Shown piece after piece: positions 28,496 to 39,739 of a DNA stretch of 64,000 nucleotides; position 1 is the first letter of the stretch; every line of letters starts with the position of its first letter. The notes under the pieces were generated by a model, which searched no databases, was not told the DNA's origin, and saw only the letters and a program-made list of their open reading frames with translations. The stretch spans positions 53,357 to 117,356 of the forward strand of contig JAXHLY010000008.1 in NCBI GenBank assembly GCA_034521715.1, given 5' to 3'. This stretch comes from Gammaproteobacteria bacterium (GTDB lineage Bacteria; Pseudomonadota; Gammaproteobacteria; Methylohalomonadales; Methylohalomonadaceae). A program made the position numbers and the translations under genes.

Positions 28496-30196
28496 CTATT
28501 TCTCCAGCACGTAGGTGCCCGGTGCGTCTTCAAGCGCGGGGTAAGTCTTGTTGCCCAGCGGGGGCGGGCTGACGAGTTCGCCGCACTGATCGTCAAGCCA
28601 GTTGACCCAGTCTTCCCACCACGAGCCGGGTATTTTGTCGATACCGTTGCGCCAGCTCTCCGGATAGGTCTGGCCGGTGGCTTCGCCGGTCCAGTAACGG
28701 CGCTTGGGCGGGTCCACCGGCGGGCTGATGATGCCGAGAATGTGTCCGGAGGTGGCCAGCGTGTAGCGCACCGGGCCGGATACCTGGCTGCAGATCTTGA
28801 AGGTTTCCTTCCAAGGCGCGATGTGATCCTGCTCCGTACCCACGGCATAAAGCGGCTGGCTGATGCGGCCGAGATCGATGGGCCGGCCGCCCATGGTCAG
28901 GGCGTCGGCTTTGACGAGATTGTTTTCGACATAAAACTCACGCAGATAGAACGAATGCATGGCTGCCGGCAGGCGCGTGCAGTCGGTGTTCCAGTACAGC
29001 ACATCGAACGGCGGCGGCTCCTCGCCATAGAGATAATTATTGGCGACATAGCGCCAGATCAGACTGTTGGGCCGCAAGACACGGAATGAACGGGCCATGT
29101 CCTCGCCGTCCAGGTACCCGGTCGTGGCCATGCGCTGTTCCAGGTAGTCAATACTGTATTCATCGATGAATACGTCAATGTCACCGGGATCGGAGAAATC
29201 GACCATGCCGGTAAGCAGCGTCCAGCTGCCGACTGGCTGTTCGGATTCGGTCTCCGCCCGGTTCATCCATGCCATCAGTATGGACAGCAAAGTACCGCCG
29301 ATGCAGTAACCAACGGCATGTATCTGCTGCGAATCCGTGATTGCGCGTGCGGCTTCGACGGCCGGCAGTACACCCCGGAGCATGTAATCCTCGAAGGTGG
29401 TGTCACACATACCGGCATCGGGATTCTTCCAGCTGGTGATGAAGACTGTAAAGCCCTGCGATACCAGGTGATTGATGAGGCTTTTGTGCGGTTTCAGATC
29501 GAGGATGTAATACTTGTTAATCCAGGGTGCGACGATCAGAATCGGCACACTGTGAACCTGCTCCGTGGCCGGTTTGTACTGGATCAATTCGAGTAATTCA
29601 TTCCGGAACACAACGGTGCCGGGTGTTGTAGCAAGGTCTTCACCGACCTGGAAAGCGTCCTTGCCAACCATGCTGATATCGCCTTTAGCAGCATCCTCCA
29701 GCAGATGGGCGGTGCCGTGGATCAGGCTGTGGCCGCCGCTGGTCAGTGATGTCCACACCGCAAGCGGGTTGGTCCAGAAAAAGTTGGTCGGCGAGATGGC
29801 GTCCAGCCATTGACGTACCCAGAAGGCTGCCCGCCTGGCGGTCTTGTCGTCTGTATCCGGGGTCTGGAATATGGCGTCTTCCAGCCAGTGGGTATACAGC
29901 AGGTAATGTTCCTTGAGCGCGTCATAAAAGGGTGACTCCTGCCAGATGGGTTCCTGGAAACGCTCGTCATAATGCTTGGGCGGGATGCAGTCCCCGCTCT
30001 GCAGGCCGCAGGCACATTTCGTCATGTGTAACTGAACGTCGAGCAGATCCCTGCCGAGTTGCTGCATCTGTTCGGTCAGTTCAGCCGGATGCTGCAGCCA
30101 GGCCCGCTGGACCGCCATGCATGAAGTCATGATGCCGAAAGGGTCGATGGTCTGCCGCAGGGCGGTCTCGAGCGATGTGGAATCTGTGCCGTTCAT
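28496..30196 (-). CDS. phaC: Polyhydroxyalkanoate synthase (class I/II type)
   Basis: SPTNFFWTNP, ATTPGTVV, PWINKYYILDL, lipase box GYCIGG, DHIAPW, SGHILG, GSWW, APGTYV. Confidence 0.93.
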   Translation of the reverse strand: MNGTDSTSLETALRQTIDPFGIMTSCMAVQRAWLQHPAELTEQMQQLGRDLLDVQLHMTKCACGLQSGDCIPPKHYDERFQEPIWQESPFYDALKEHYLLYTHWLEDAIFQTPDTDDKTARRAAFWVRQWLDAISPTNFFWTNPLAVWTSLTSGGHSLIHGTAHLLEDAAKGDISMVGKDAFQVGEDLATTPGTVVFRNELLELIQYKPATEQVHSVPILIVAPWINKYYILDLKPHKSLINHLVSQGFTVFITSWKNPDAGMCDTTFEDYMLRGVLPAVEAARAITDSQQIHAVGYCIGGTLLSILMAWMNRAETESEQPVGSWTLLTGMVDFSDPGDIDVFIDEYSIDYLEQRMATTGYLDGEDMARSFRVLRPNSLIWRYVANNYLYGEEPPPFDVLYWNTDCTRLPAAMHSFYLREFYVENNLVKADALTMGGRPIDLGRISQPLYAVGTEQDHIAPWKETFKICSQVSGPVRYTLATSGHILGIISPPVDPPKRRYWTGEATGQTYPESWRNGIDKIPGSWWEDWVNWLDDQCGELVSPPPLGNKTYPALEDAPGTYVLEK

Positions 30197-30306
30197 GAGG
30201 CTCCGGTTCTATGGGTGGTCATCCGTGGTGCAGGATTATTGTGCTGTGCAGTATCGGCTAAATGACCGCCTTTCACAATTCCACCGGCACCCGAATTGCA
30301 CCGGTT

Positions 30307-30320
30307 TTGATGCAGATCAG
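30307..30320. promoter_or_regulatory. FNR/Anr-like box upstream of phaC
   Basis: TTGAT-GCAG-ATCAG, 9/10 match to TTGAT-N4-ATCAA. Confidence 0.4.
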
Positions 30321-30330
30321 TTACTTGGGA

Positions 30331-31068
30331 TCAAGCTGCCGTCGATTCGTCTTTCAGTAATTGCCGGCTGGCCGGCTCGATCCAGTCGGCCGCCGCCCGG
30401 GTAATTTCCTTGGCGGTTTTACCACGGCTGTCGATAGGCGGGCCGATGGCCACCCGGATTGTGCCCGGGTGTTTCACAAAGCTGCTTTTCGGCCAGTAAC
30501 GGCCGGCATTGTGGGCGAGCGGCACCACCGGGCATCCGGCCGCCTCGGCCAGCATGCCGCCGCCGGGCAGGTAGCGGCCGGTTTCGCCCGGCGGCATGCG
30601 CGTGCCTTCCGGGTAGACGACCACCCAACAGCCCTGGCGCAGCCGTTCAAGTCCCTGTTCGACGATCTGCCTGGCGGCCCGCAGGCCGTTCTTGCGGTCG
30701 ATGGCGATGGGTCTGAGCGAGGCCAGCCCCCAGCCGAACAGGGGAATCCACAAGAGTTCGCGTTTGAGAATGAAAATCAAAGGGGCATTGAAGATCAGCT
30801 GTACTGCCATGGTCTCCCAGGCCGACTGGTGCTTGCACAGGATGATGGCCGGTCCCGGCGGTATGTGTTCCCGGCCGCTGACGGAAAAATCGATGCCGCA
30901 GGTAATGCGCAGCCACCAGAGTGCAAAGTGGGTCCACTGGGTGACTATGCGATAGCGCAGATGATGGGGCAGCGGCAGGAGCAGCAGACTGAGCGGTGCA
31001 TAGATCAGCAGGGCGAGGATTATGCCGGCATAAAACAGCAGTGCACGCAGGGTTGCCATGATCAGCAC
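30331..31068 (-). CDS. plsC: 1-acyl-sn-glycerol-3-phosphate acyltransferase
   Basis: KHQSAWET, KRELLWIPLFGW, YPEGTR; glyQS-gmhB-plsC synteny. Confidence 0.88.
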   Translation of the reverse strand: MLIMATLRALLFYAGIILALLIYAPLSLLLLPLPHHLRYRIVTQWTHFALWWLRITCGIDFSVSGREHIPPGPAIILCKHQSAWETMAVQLIFNAPLIFILKRELLWIPLFGWGLASLRPIAIDRKNGLRAARQIVEQGLERLRQGCWVVVYPEGTRMPPGETGRYLPGGGMLAEAAGCPVVPLAHNAGRYWPKSSFVKHPGTIRVAIGPPIDSRGKTAKEITRAAADWIEPASRQLLKDESTAA

Positions 31069-31086
31069 CGCCTGGTTGTGTTGATA

Positions 31087-31641
31087 TCAGTATGCGGCAT
31101 TCCGGTGTTTGTCGAGCAGGACATCCACATAGGCAGCCAGATTGTCGTAGACGGGCACATCCTTCGGCACCTTGTTTTCATGCACGAGTTTTTCGCCCTT
31201 GCCGGTCTTCACCAGGACGGGTTTGGCACCGGCGGCGCGTGCAGCCTGCAGGTCGCTCAGGCGGTCACCGACGCATGGCACTTCAGCCAGATCGATACGT
31301 AAACGGTTGCCGATATCCTTCAGCATATCCGGCCGCGGCTTGCGGCAGTTACAGTCACGGTCACGTGAATTGCAGGGACAGAAGAAAATGGCTTCAATCA
31401 TGCCGCCGAACTGGGCCAGATGGGTGAACATCTTCTGGTTAATGGCATTGAAATCTTCAATGGTGAAATTCCGTCCCGCGAGTTCACCCTGGTTGATGGC
31501 CAGGACAACGCGGTATCCATTCTGTGACAGGCGCGCCATGGCCTGCAGGCTGTCGGGTATCGCCCGCCAGGCTGCTGCTGAACGAACTTCATCTTCGTTA
31601 ATGACACCGTCGCGATCGAGAATAATGGTCGGCATGATCAC
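31087..31641 (-). CDS. gmhB: D,D-heptose 1,7-bisphosphate phosphatase GmhB family
   Basis: LDRDGVIN, CPC...CNCRKP, VGDRLSDLQAA, LVKTGKG. Confidence 0.82.
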   Translation of the reverse strand: MIMPTIILDRDGVINEDEVRSAAAWRAIPDSLQAMARLSQNGYRVVLAINQGELAGRNFTIEDFNAINQKMFTHLAQFGGMIEAIFFCPCNSRDRDCNCRKPRPDMLKDIGNRLRIDLAEVPCVGDRLSDLQAARAAGAKPVLVKTGKGEKLVHENKVPKDVPVYDNLAAYVDVLLDKHRNAAY

Positions 31642-33726
31642 TGTAATCTTGATATGTCGGCCGTGCGCCGGAACAGATCACTGAGGCTGGACAGCAGCGC
31701 GATACGGTTGTTGCGCAGGGAGTCGTCATCACACATGACCATGACATTATCAAAGAAGGCATCGACACTGTCACGCAGTCCGGCGAGTGCCGTCAGTGCC
31801 TGTTCGTACTGGTTATTCGCCAGTAACGGCTCGACCCTGGCGCGCAGGGCCTCCAGGTCCGAGGCGAGCTGTTTCTCGGCCGGGTCCTGCAGCAGTTCCG
31901 GCTGCAGGCTGCCGTTCACGCTGCCGGCCTGCTTGAGGATGTTGCTGATGCGCTTGTTGGCGGCGGCCAGGCTCTCGGCCTCGGCCAGCCGGCGGAAGGC
32001 CTGCACGGCCAGCAGGCGGCGGTGAAAGTCCAGTGGTCGTGTCGGTTTGCAGGCCAGTACCGCTTCGAAGATGTTACTGCCGATGCCGCTGTCCAGGTAG
32101 TGCCGGCGCAGCCGTTCCATCATGAAATCGAATACCGTATCGATACTGTTCCCGGCACCCACCGTTTGCGGGAACCGGCCGGCTGCCTGTTGCAGACTGT
32201 CCTTTAAATCCAGATCCAGTTCGCACTCGATCATGATGCGCAAGGCACCCAGCGCGGCGCGGCGCAGGGCGAAGGGATCCTTTTCACCGGTCGGCGCCTG
32301 GCCGATGGCGAAAATGCCCACCAGGGTGTCGAGTCTGTCGGCGACGGCGAGTGCCCGGCCGGTGGCGGTCTGCGGTAATGCGTCGCCGGCAAAGCGCGGC
32401 CGGTAATGTTCACCGATGGCACGGGCCACCTCGGCATCCTCGCCGTCATGGCTTGCCAGGTAGGCGCCGGCGGTACCCTGGAGTTCGGGAAATTCACCAA
32501 CCAGCTGGCTAAGCAGGTCACACTTGGCCAGCTGTGCGGCGCGCTCCGCCCTGTCGCTGCTGCCACCGGTTGCCGCGGCAATCTCTGCGGCCAGTGCGGC
32601 GACCCGGCGCATTTTGTCGCCGAGACTGCCGAGCTTTTTCTGGAAAGTGATGCCGTCCAGTGCCGCTATGCGATCGGCCAGGGGCTGTGAACGGTCGGTT
32701 TCCCAGAAGAACATGGCATCCGACAGGCGTGGCACGATAACGCGTTCGTTACCGGCGCGGACCTGGTCCGGGTCGCGGCTTTCGATATTGGCGACGGTAA
32801 TGAAATACGGCAGCAGCTTGTCGGTACCTTCCTCGCGTATCGGGAAATAGCGTTGCTGATCCTCGAGCGTGGCGATCAGCACTTCTTCAGGCAGTTCGAG
32901 GAATTTCTGATCGAACTGGCCGCGCAGCGGCACCGGCCATTCGACCAGCGCGGCAACTTCCGCGACCAGCTCGCTGTCGGGCTCGCTGTTCAGGGCATAG
33001 CCATTAACCTGTTCGGCAAGAATCGCGACTTCTTCGCTGATGCGCTGGTTCAGCTGTTGCTCGACATCATTGAGCCAGACCCTGGCCTGGTACAACGCGT
33101 CGGCGTAATCGGCGGCCGACTCCAATTTAATCGGTTCGGGATGATGATAACGGTGGCCGCGGGTGTGGCGGCCGGACTGCACACCGAGGATCTCGCAGTC
33201 GATGACGTCCGTGCCGAACAGGACCACCGCCCAGTGTATGGGACGGACAAATTCGGCGCTGGCATCACCCCAGCGCATGCGTTTGGGGATCGGCAGATTG
33301 GCCAGGGCCTCATTGACAGCCGCCTGGATCAAATCCGCTGCCGGCTTGCCGCTTTCGGTAGCGCTGAAGAACAGCTTGCCGTCCTTTTGCTGCAATTTGT
33401 CTACACTGGCATTGCAGGATTTGGCGAAACCCTTCCGCGGCCTTGGTCGGCTTGCCGCTATCGTCATAGGCGATCTTCAGTGCCGGTCCGTACTTTTCCA
33501 TCAGTCTTTCCGGCTGCTGGATGCGCAGATCGTCGATGACAACCGCGAGCCGGCGTGGTGAATAGTAATAACGGCTTTTGGTAATGCCTGGTTCATGAAG
33601 ATCCAGTTGTTCATTCATGATTGCCTGCAGGCGATCGTGGAAATCCTCGGCCAGGGTTGCCAGCGCTTTCGGCGGCAACTCCTCGGTGCCGATCTCGATC
33701 AACAGGTCGCGGGTACTGTTTTTCAT
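31638..33726 (-). CDS. glyS: Glycine-tRNA ligase beta subunit (one frameshift near 33430)
   Basis: [41 protein letters not shown]. Confidence 0.95.
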
Positions 33727-34646
33727 GCAGTCCGGGCGCCGTCTTTCATGAGGGGGAAGCCGAGTGCCTCGCGGCGGTTGTAATAGGCCTCGGCAACGGC
33801 CCGGGCCATGGCGCGGACGCGCAGAATATAGCGCTGGCGCTCGGTGACCGAGATCGCGCGCCGGGCGTCCAGCAGGTTGAATGTATGCGAGGCCTTGAGC
33901 ATCTGTTCGTAGGCGGGCAGCGGCAGATCGTGCTCCAGCAGCCGCCGGCATTCCTTCTCGCAGTTGTCGAACCAGGGAAACAGGCTTTCCGTGTCGGCCT
34001 GCTCGAAGTTGTATTTCGACTGTTCCACCTCGTTCTGGTGATAAATGTCACCGTAGGTGACCTTGCCTGCCGGTGTTTCGCACCAGACGAGATCGAACAC
34101 GCTGTCGACTTCCTGCAGGTACATGGCAATGCGTTCCAGACCATAGGTGATCTCACCGGCCACGGGTTTGCAGTCGAGACCGCCGACCTGCTGGAAGTAA
34201 GTGAACTGGCTGATCTCCATGCCGTTCAGCCAGACTTCCCAGCCGAGGCCCCAGGCGCCGAGGGTGGGTGATTCCCAGTCGTCCTCGACAAAGCGGATAT
34301 CATGGACCAGCGTATCGACACCGAGCGAGCGCAGTGAATCCAGGTATTGATCCTGCATATCCTCGGGTGAGGGTTTCAGCAATACCTGGAGCTGGTAATA
34401 ATGCTGCAGGCGGTTCGGGTTGTCACCGTAACGGCCATCGGTGGGCCGGCGCGATGGCTGTATGTAAGCCGCGTGCCATGGCTCCGGGCCGATGGCGCGC
34501 AGAAAAGTGGCGACGTGGAACGTGCCGGCGCCCATTTCCATATCATAGGGCTGCTGGATAACGCAGCCGCGATCGGCCCAGTACTGCTGGAGGCGCAGGA
34601 TAAGCGTCTGAAAATCCTGTGGGGGTGCTGCCACTTCGTCCGGCAT
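33723..34646 (-). CDS. glyQ: Glycine-tRNA ligase alpha subunit
   Basis: [42 protein letters not shown]. Confidence 0.97.
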   Translation of the reverse strand: MPDEVAAPPQDFQTLILRLQQYWADRGCVIQQPYDMEMGAGTFHVATFLRAIGPEPWHAAYIQPSRRPTDGRYGDNPNRLQHYYQLQVLLKPSPEDMQDQYLDSLRSLGVDTLVHDIRFVEDDWESPTLGAWGLGWEVWLNGMEISQFTYFQQVGGLDCKPVAGEITYGLERIAMYLQEVDSVFDLVWCETPAGKVTYGDIYHQNEVEQSKYNFEQADTESLFPWFDNCEKECRRLLEHDLPLPAYEQMLKASHTFNLLDARRAISVTERQRYILRVRAMARAVAEAYYNRREALGFPLMKDGARTA

Positions 34647-34725
34647 GTTCGATCCAGCAAATGATTGAAGTCGGGCAGTATAGCCGAGCGCAGCGCAGAG
34701 TTAAAAAGCCGCCGTTGGCGCAGTT

Positions 34726-34806
34726 TGTCATCCCGAACGAACGTGAGGGATCTTGAGACACTGAAAAGACAGGATTTCTCAACCACTTCGTGGTTTCGAA
34801 ATGACA
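34726..34806 (-). repeat. Palindromic TGTCAT...ATGACA repeat, copy 2
   Basis: Reverse complement of copy 1 with a longer central spacer. Confidence 0.9.
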
Positions 34807-34868
34807 ATACCGGCTATACGGACTCGGGGTTAATCCACCAGCGGAAAGCCGTGCCTCCTGACCATCCT

Positions 34869-35942
34869 TTACTCGGTTGTCGATATCCGCCGCGTATAGT
34901 CGTCCATGGTGGCGGTCAGGACCTCGAACTTGAAGGCCGGTATCTGATAGACCCAGTTGCCCAGGCGTTCCTGCAATTCCTGCGCTTCCGCCCCGATGGC
35001 AATCCGTTCGCCGGCGTCATCGTTAGCCGGTTTTGTCGCCTTGTTTTCCATGTCTGCATCGAAACTAAAGCGGAAATTGACGTAATGCCTGTCGTCTTTC
35101 CGGGTACTGCGGATATCGATAATCATGCCGCCGAAAGTGCGGACCGTGGTTTCGACCGCCTGATCGAAAGAAAAGGTTTCCAGGGCACGGATATCACGCG
35201 CACTGATCTCCTGGAGCACGGAGCCAAAACGGTTCAGTGCCGTCCGTGACTGTACCCTGCGGTCGGACGGCAGATCGGCCAGCTGGAAGCCGGCCTCCGG
35301 GGATTCGCGATAGGCATGGACGATACCGCCGTCCGGATGCCGGATGATCACTTCGCGCACCCGTTCCGAGGTTATGTTGACAATGTCCGGATTGAACCAG
35401 GCCGTCTTTTCCGCCGACGCCGGCGCCCGGCCCTCGACCAGCAGGGCATGCGCGGCATCGGGCTTGCGCACGTAAAGCCCGGTCTGGAGATTGGTCACCT
35501 TGCTGTTGCGCGACTTGCCGATAATGACGTCGGCGAGCACGTTGGCGTCTTCATCGGCAACCGTTACCTGAACCGAGTTACTGTCCGGCTGTGATGGATC
35601 CTGTACGTCAAGATAATGATAGAGATCCGGATTATCGGTTTTGCGTTCTTTTGTTTGCAGTTCCGTCAGGTTGATCAGCAGTGAGCGGACCTTGTCGAAT
35701 AGCGCCGGGTAATCATCACTGTTGGCAATACGCCAGGTTTCACCGTCGCGTTCCAGAATGGTCTTGTGCCGGTTGCTGACCAGTGTAATGGAGGCGGCTT
35801 CATTGATGTTTTCCGACAGCGCCGGCAGCAATGATTCCTTGCTTATGTAGGTGGGTGAACGATCCTTGCCGACAACAACGGCAGCGATGATCACTACCGT
35901 CAGCGTGATGGCAGCAAATGCGATCAGATTATTACGATTCAT
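34869..35942 (-). CDS. DUF4340 domain protein
   Basis: N-terminal TM anchor, W.I...DYPA, IIGK, YVRK; downstream of the GldG-like gene. Confidence 0.75.
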   Translation of the reverse strand: MNRNNLIAFAAITLTVVIIAAVVVGKDRSPTYISKESLLPALSENINEAASITLVSNRHKTILERDGETWRIANSDDYPALFDKVRSLLINLTELQTKERKTDNPDLYHYLDVQDPSQPDSNSVQVTVADEDANVLADVIIGKSRNSKVTNLQTGLYVRKPDAAHALLVEGRAPASAEKTAWFNPDIVNITSERVREVIIRHPDGGIVHAYRESPEAGFQLADLPSDRRVQSRTALNRFGSVLQEISARDIRALETFSFDQAVETTVRTFGGMIIDIRSTRKDDRHYVNFRFSFDADMENKATKPANDDAGERIAIGAEAQELQERLGNWVYQIPAFKFEVLTATMDDYTRRISTTE

Positions 35943-35966
35943 GTGTCGCCCCGTTAACCCGTTGCT

Positions 35967-37835
35967 TCATGTGCGTTTTCGAGAATAGACTCGATAGAGG
36001 CCGATACCGACAGCAACAAGTGCGATCAGCAACGGTATCAGGCCGATGTTGATAAAACGCAGTCGTGACGCCAGCTGTTCGATATCCTTTTTCAGGTTAT
36101 GCTGCACTTCACGCAGTTCCTTGCGGACTTCCATCTGTTCGCGACGTGTCTTTTCGATCTTCTCGGCCTGTTCCTTACTCATGATCAGACCGGACATGCC
36201 GCTTTCCTGCTGCAGCTCCTCTATGTCCGCCTGGGCCTGTTGCAGTTTGTTTTGCAGCTGCTGCTCGCGTTCCCGGTAATCGGCCTCGGCGGCACGGCGA
36301 ATACGCTCCACAACTTCAAATGGCCGGTCGAAGGTGCCACGGCTGCGCAGGCTGATCAGATCGGTGTTGCCCGCCAGGTTATCCAGGGCATTGGTAATGA
36401 AGTCCCCATTGTCGGCGATCGGTTGCGGCACCTTCATGCCGTAATAATCCTGTTCGCGTACCCAGAAGCGGTCATTAATGATATCCGTATCGGCAACGAC
36501 GACGGCATTGATATTGCCCTCACTGACGTAATCCGGGTCTTCCTCGCGCCCGTGCCTGCCTTCCTGCAATGGTTTGCCATCGGGGAATGCGGTTTTGACG
36601 GGTCCGCTGATGCGCGCGGCGAGGGTGTAACGTTCCCCGCTCGGCTCGAAATTGTCGATGATGATGGTCGGGTCGCGCTGCAGAATGATGAGATCACGTT
36701 CCAGGATGGTTGACCGGGTCGATGTCTGCAGCAGAGGCTCAATGGTCAATTCGCTGTCGGGCAGTTTCTCGATATAACTGCTGGTGCCGAGCTGAACCTG
36801 GTTGAGTTCACTGGTAATGAAATCGTCCTGGTTGAGGTTATCCTGAGTCAACTGCAGCCAGGGCAGGTAGGGTATTTCCTGGGCACCGCGCTGGCCGCGA
36901 TGCTGAACCCGTATGGCGGCCTGCATGTCGCCGACAATCTTCTCCTGCGGGATATTGATGCCCCAGGGCTCAAACAGCCTGGTAAAATCCGAATCGCGGT
37001 CCGGCATGGCCAGCGGGTTGTCCTTGCTGGGTGGTGTCTGATCGGCCTCTGCAAATGGATCGACCAGTACCATCAGCTTGCCGCCTTTCAGTACAAACTG
37101 GTCGATGGCATAGAGTGTGGTGTCGTCCAGCGTTTTGGGGTGCACCACCATCAGGACTTCAATATCGTTACTGATAAAGGAAGCATCCGTTTCCAGCTCA
37201 CGGACCTCGAAGAACTCGCGCATCACGCGGATAATGGAGGTGGCCACCGCCCCGCGTTCACCCCCGCCCTTGAACAGGGGCAGATCGCCGATGACACCGA
37301 CAACCTGGCGTTCCGGATTGGCGAGTTTGTAAACCATTTTCGAGAGTTCATATTCAAGCGCGCTTTCCCGGTTCGGGGCAAAGAACGGAATAACCTCTGT
37401 GTCGTCGATGGAGTTGCTGCCGACCAGGCCGAAATAGGCCTGCTCACCGGCGTTGCCGACCTGCATGCTTCGCAGGCCTTCGGCCACGGCCGCATCTTCG
37501 GCATCAGTAAAGGGTTTGGGATCGATGACCTCCAGGTGCAGCATGCCGTCCGAGTTGGCGACATATTCCCGCAGCATATCGCGAACACGCACGCCGTAAT
37601 TGACCAGTTGCGGGTAACCCAGCAACTGCTCGCGCGAAAAGTACATGCGCAGGGTGATGGGCTCGTCAATATCGTCGAGAATATTCAGTGTACCTTCCGA
37701 CAGCGTATAGAGACTGTCTTCGGTCAGATCGAGGCGCCAGTTGGTGACCAGCGTATTGACAATAATATTGATCGAAATGAACAGGCAGGCCGCCAGTACA
37801 AGACCGGTCCCGGATGTGAGTTGCTTGCTGCGCAT
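35967..37835 (-). CDS. GldG-family ABC transporter auxiliary protein
   Basis: RLDLTEDSLYTLSEGT, IDQFVLKGG..MVLVDP, NGDFITNALDNL..LISLRSR, coiled coil. Confidence 0.85.
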   Translation of the reverse strand: MRSKQLTSGTGLVLAACLFISINIIVNTLVTNWRLDLTEDSLYTLSEGTLNILDDIDEPITLRMYFSREQLLGYPQLVNYGVRVRDMLREYVANSDGMLHLEVIDPKPFTDAEDAAVAEGLRSMQVGNAGEQAYFGLVGSNSIDDTEVIPFFAPNRESALEYELSKMVYKLANPERQVVGVIGDLPLFKGGGERGAVATSIIRVMREFFEVRELETDASFISNDIEVLMVVHPKTLDDTTLYAIDQFVLKGGKLMVLVDPFAEADQTPPSKDNPLAMPDRDSDFTRLFEPWGINIPQEKIVGDMQAAIRVQHRGQRGAQEIPYLPWLQLTQDNLNQDDFITSELNQVQLGTSSYIEKLPDSELTIEPLLQTSTRSTILERDLIILQRDPTIIIDNFEPSGERYTLAARISGPVKTAFPDGKPLQEGRHGREEDPDYVSEGNINAVVVADTDIINDRFWVREQDYYGMKVPQPIADNGDFITNALDNLAGNTDLISLRSRGTFDRPFEVVERIRRAAEADYREREQQLQNKLQQAQADIEELQQESGMSGLIMSKEQAEKIEKTRREQMEVRKELREVQHNLKKDIEQLASRLRFINIGLIPLLIALVAVGIGLYRVYSRKRT

Positions 37836-37843
37836 GGTCGTAA

Positions 37844-38578
37844 TCAGCTCGCCTTCTTTGCTTCAATGGTCACGATATTGGCATACAGCCAGAAGGCAAT
37901 CAGTGTGGTGAAGAAAATCAGGTCGCGCGCATCGATCACGCCCTTCTTGATGGAATCGAAGTGCGTGAAGAAACTGAATGACGCAATCACGTCGACGATT
38001 GCCTGCGGCGCCCAGCCCTTGAAGAAATCCAGTACGAGCGGAAAGCCGCTGAGCAGGAACAGGAAGCAGATAACGACGCTGACGACAAAGGCGATGACCT
38101 GGCTCTTGGTTAGTGCCGAGATGCACGAACCGATCGACAGGAAACCACCGGCCATCAGCAGACTGCCGATATAGCCGGCCACGATCACGGTATTGTCCGG
38201 ATTACCGAGATAATTGACTGTCAACCACATGGGGAAGGTCAGTGCCAGTGCGACAGCGCTGAACGCCCATGCGGCGAGAAACTTGCCGATGACCGCCTCG
38301 GTAACGGAAACCGGCAGAGTCATCAGCAGTTCGATCGTGCCGCTCTTGCGTTCTTCCGACCACAGGCGCATGGCGATTGCCGGTATCAGGAACAGGTACA
38401 GCCACGGATGAAAATTGAAAAACGGCTGCAGGTCGGCCTGGTTGCGTTCAAAAAACGAACCCAGGTAAAACGTGAAAATGCCGGTGAGGAATAAGAAGAT
38501 AACAATAAAAACATAGGCCACCGGCGTGGCGAAATAACCGATAAATTCACGTTTGAATATTGCCAGGATATTACGCAT
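37844..38578 (-). CDS. GldF-like ABC-2 permease
   Basis: YFATPVAYVF, AMRLWSEERKSGTIELLMTLP. Confidence 0.88.
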   Translation of the reverse strand: MRNILAIFKREFIGYFATPVAYVFIVIFLFLTGIFTFYLGSFFERNQADLQPFFNFHPWLYLFLIPAIAMRLWSEERKSGTIELLMTLPVSVTEAVIGKFLAAWAFSAVALALTFPMWLTVNYLGNPDNTVIVAGYIGSLLMAGGFLSIGSCISALTKSQVIAFVVSVVICFLFLLSGFPLVLDFFKGWAPQAIVDVIASFSFFTHFDSIKKGVIDARDLIFFTTLIAFWLYANIVTIEAKKAS

Positions 38579-39562
38579 TCAGGCCGCCCTGTTGCTGAAT
38601 TCGCGTTGGCTTTCCTGGCCGTGCGGCAGAGTGATCTGGCGGAATACGTCGTCCAGTCGGCCGGCTTCCACCTGCAGTGACTGTACGGCCCAGTTATGAC
38701 TGTGCAGGGTTTTGCTGATTGCGGTAATGATCTCGCGACCGCCGTGCGGCACCGTCAGCAGCGTGACCCGATCGCCACGTTCGGCGATACGCTCAACACG
38801 TTCGACATCGTCCAGGCTGCCGATAACGGATTCGGCCTCGGTAGCGGTGGCCTTGTCGATCACCAGCGTTACGGCGTTGTGCATGTCGGAACGCGCCTGC
38901 AATTCGACAGGGGTCCCGTCGAACAGTATCCGGCCGGCCGCGATAATCACCGCACGTGAACAGACTGCGTCGACCTCTTCGAGAATGTGTGTGGAAATAA
39001 CGATTGCCTTGTGGGCGGCCATTTCGCTGATCAGCATGCGCACTTCATGCTTCTGATTCGGATCGAGGCCGTCGGTCGGTTCGTCCATGATCAGGATTTC
39101 CGGATCATGCACCAGGGCCTGTGCCAGGCCGACGCGGCGCTTGTAGCCCTTGGACAGGGTTTCAATGGTTTGATCGACCACGCTTTCCAGATGAATCTTG
39201 TCGATAACATCCCTGATGCGTGACTGGCGCTGGGCGCTCGGTATGCCGCGCACCTCGGCAATGAACTCCAGGAAATTCGTGACTGGCATCTCGCCGTAGC
39301 AGGGAGCGCCCTCGGGAAGGTAACCGATACGCTGCTTGACCTGAATGGGATCGGTGAGGACGTCGTAACCGGCGACGCGAATGCCGCCGCTGGTTGGCTC
39401 AAGAAAGCCCGTGATCATTTTCATGGTGGTCGACTTGCCGGCGCCGTTGGGGCCGAGAAAGCCAAGTACTTCGCCGCGCTGCACGTTGAACGATACATTA
39501 TTTACGGCATGTAACAGGCCGAAGCGTTTGTGCAGTCCGCTGACTTCGATCAGGGTATCCAT
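38579..39562 (-). CDS. GldA-like ABC transporter ATP-binding protein
   Basis: GPNGAGKST, LSKGYKRRVGLAQA, ILIMDEPT. Confidence 0.9.
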   Translation of the reverse strand: MDTLIEVSGLHKRFGLLHAVNNVSFNVQRGEVLGFLGPNGAGKSTTMKMITGFLEPTSGGIRVAGYDVLTDPIQVKQRIGYLPEGAPCYGEMPVTNFLEFIAEVRGIPSAQRQSRIRDVIDKIHLESVVDQTIETLSKGYKRRVGLAQALVHDPEILIMDEPTDGLDPNQKHEVRMLISEMAAHKAIVISTHILEEVDAVCSRAVIIAAGRILFDGTPVELQARSDMHNAVTLVIDKATATEAESVIGSLDDVERVERIAERGDRVTLLTVPHGGREIITAISKTLHSHNWAVQSLQVEAGRLDDVFRQITLPHGQESQREFSNRAA

Positions 39563-39739
39563 GATGACTCTGCCGACCGGTGGTCCGGTCTTTGTCGTTA
39601 GAAGTTATTAACCGCTGTCCGGGGATACTGAAAACATACGCCCCGTGGCCGGAGTGCGCTTATTCTCCATACTGCGCGCAAACCGTCAAACCATAATGGG
39701 GCTGAGCGGTGAATCAGTCTGAACCAGTAAACTCAACCC

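Noticed and set aside
28334-29089. ORF with (PVTSHQS)n repeats
   Set aside because: Translation of the CCAGTCA array running antisense into phaC
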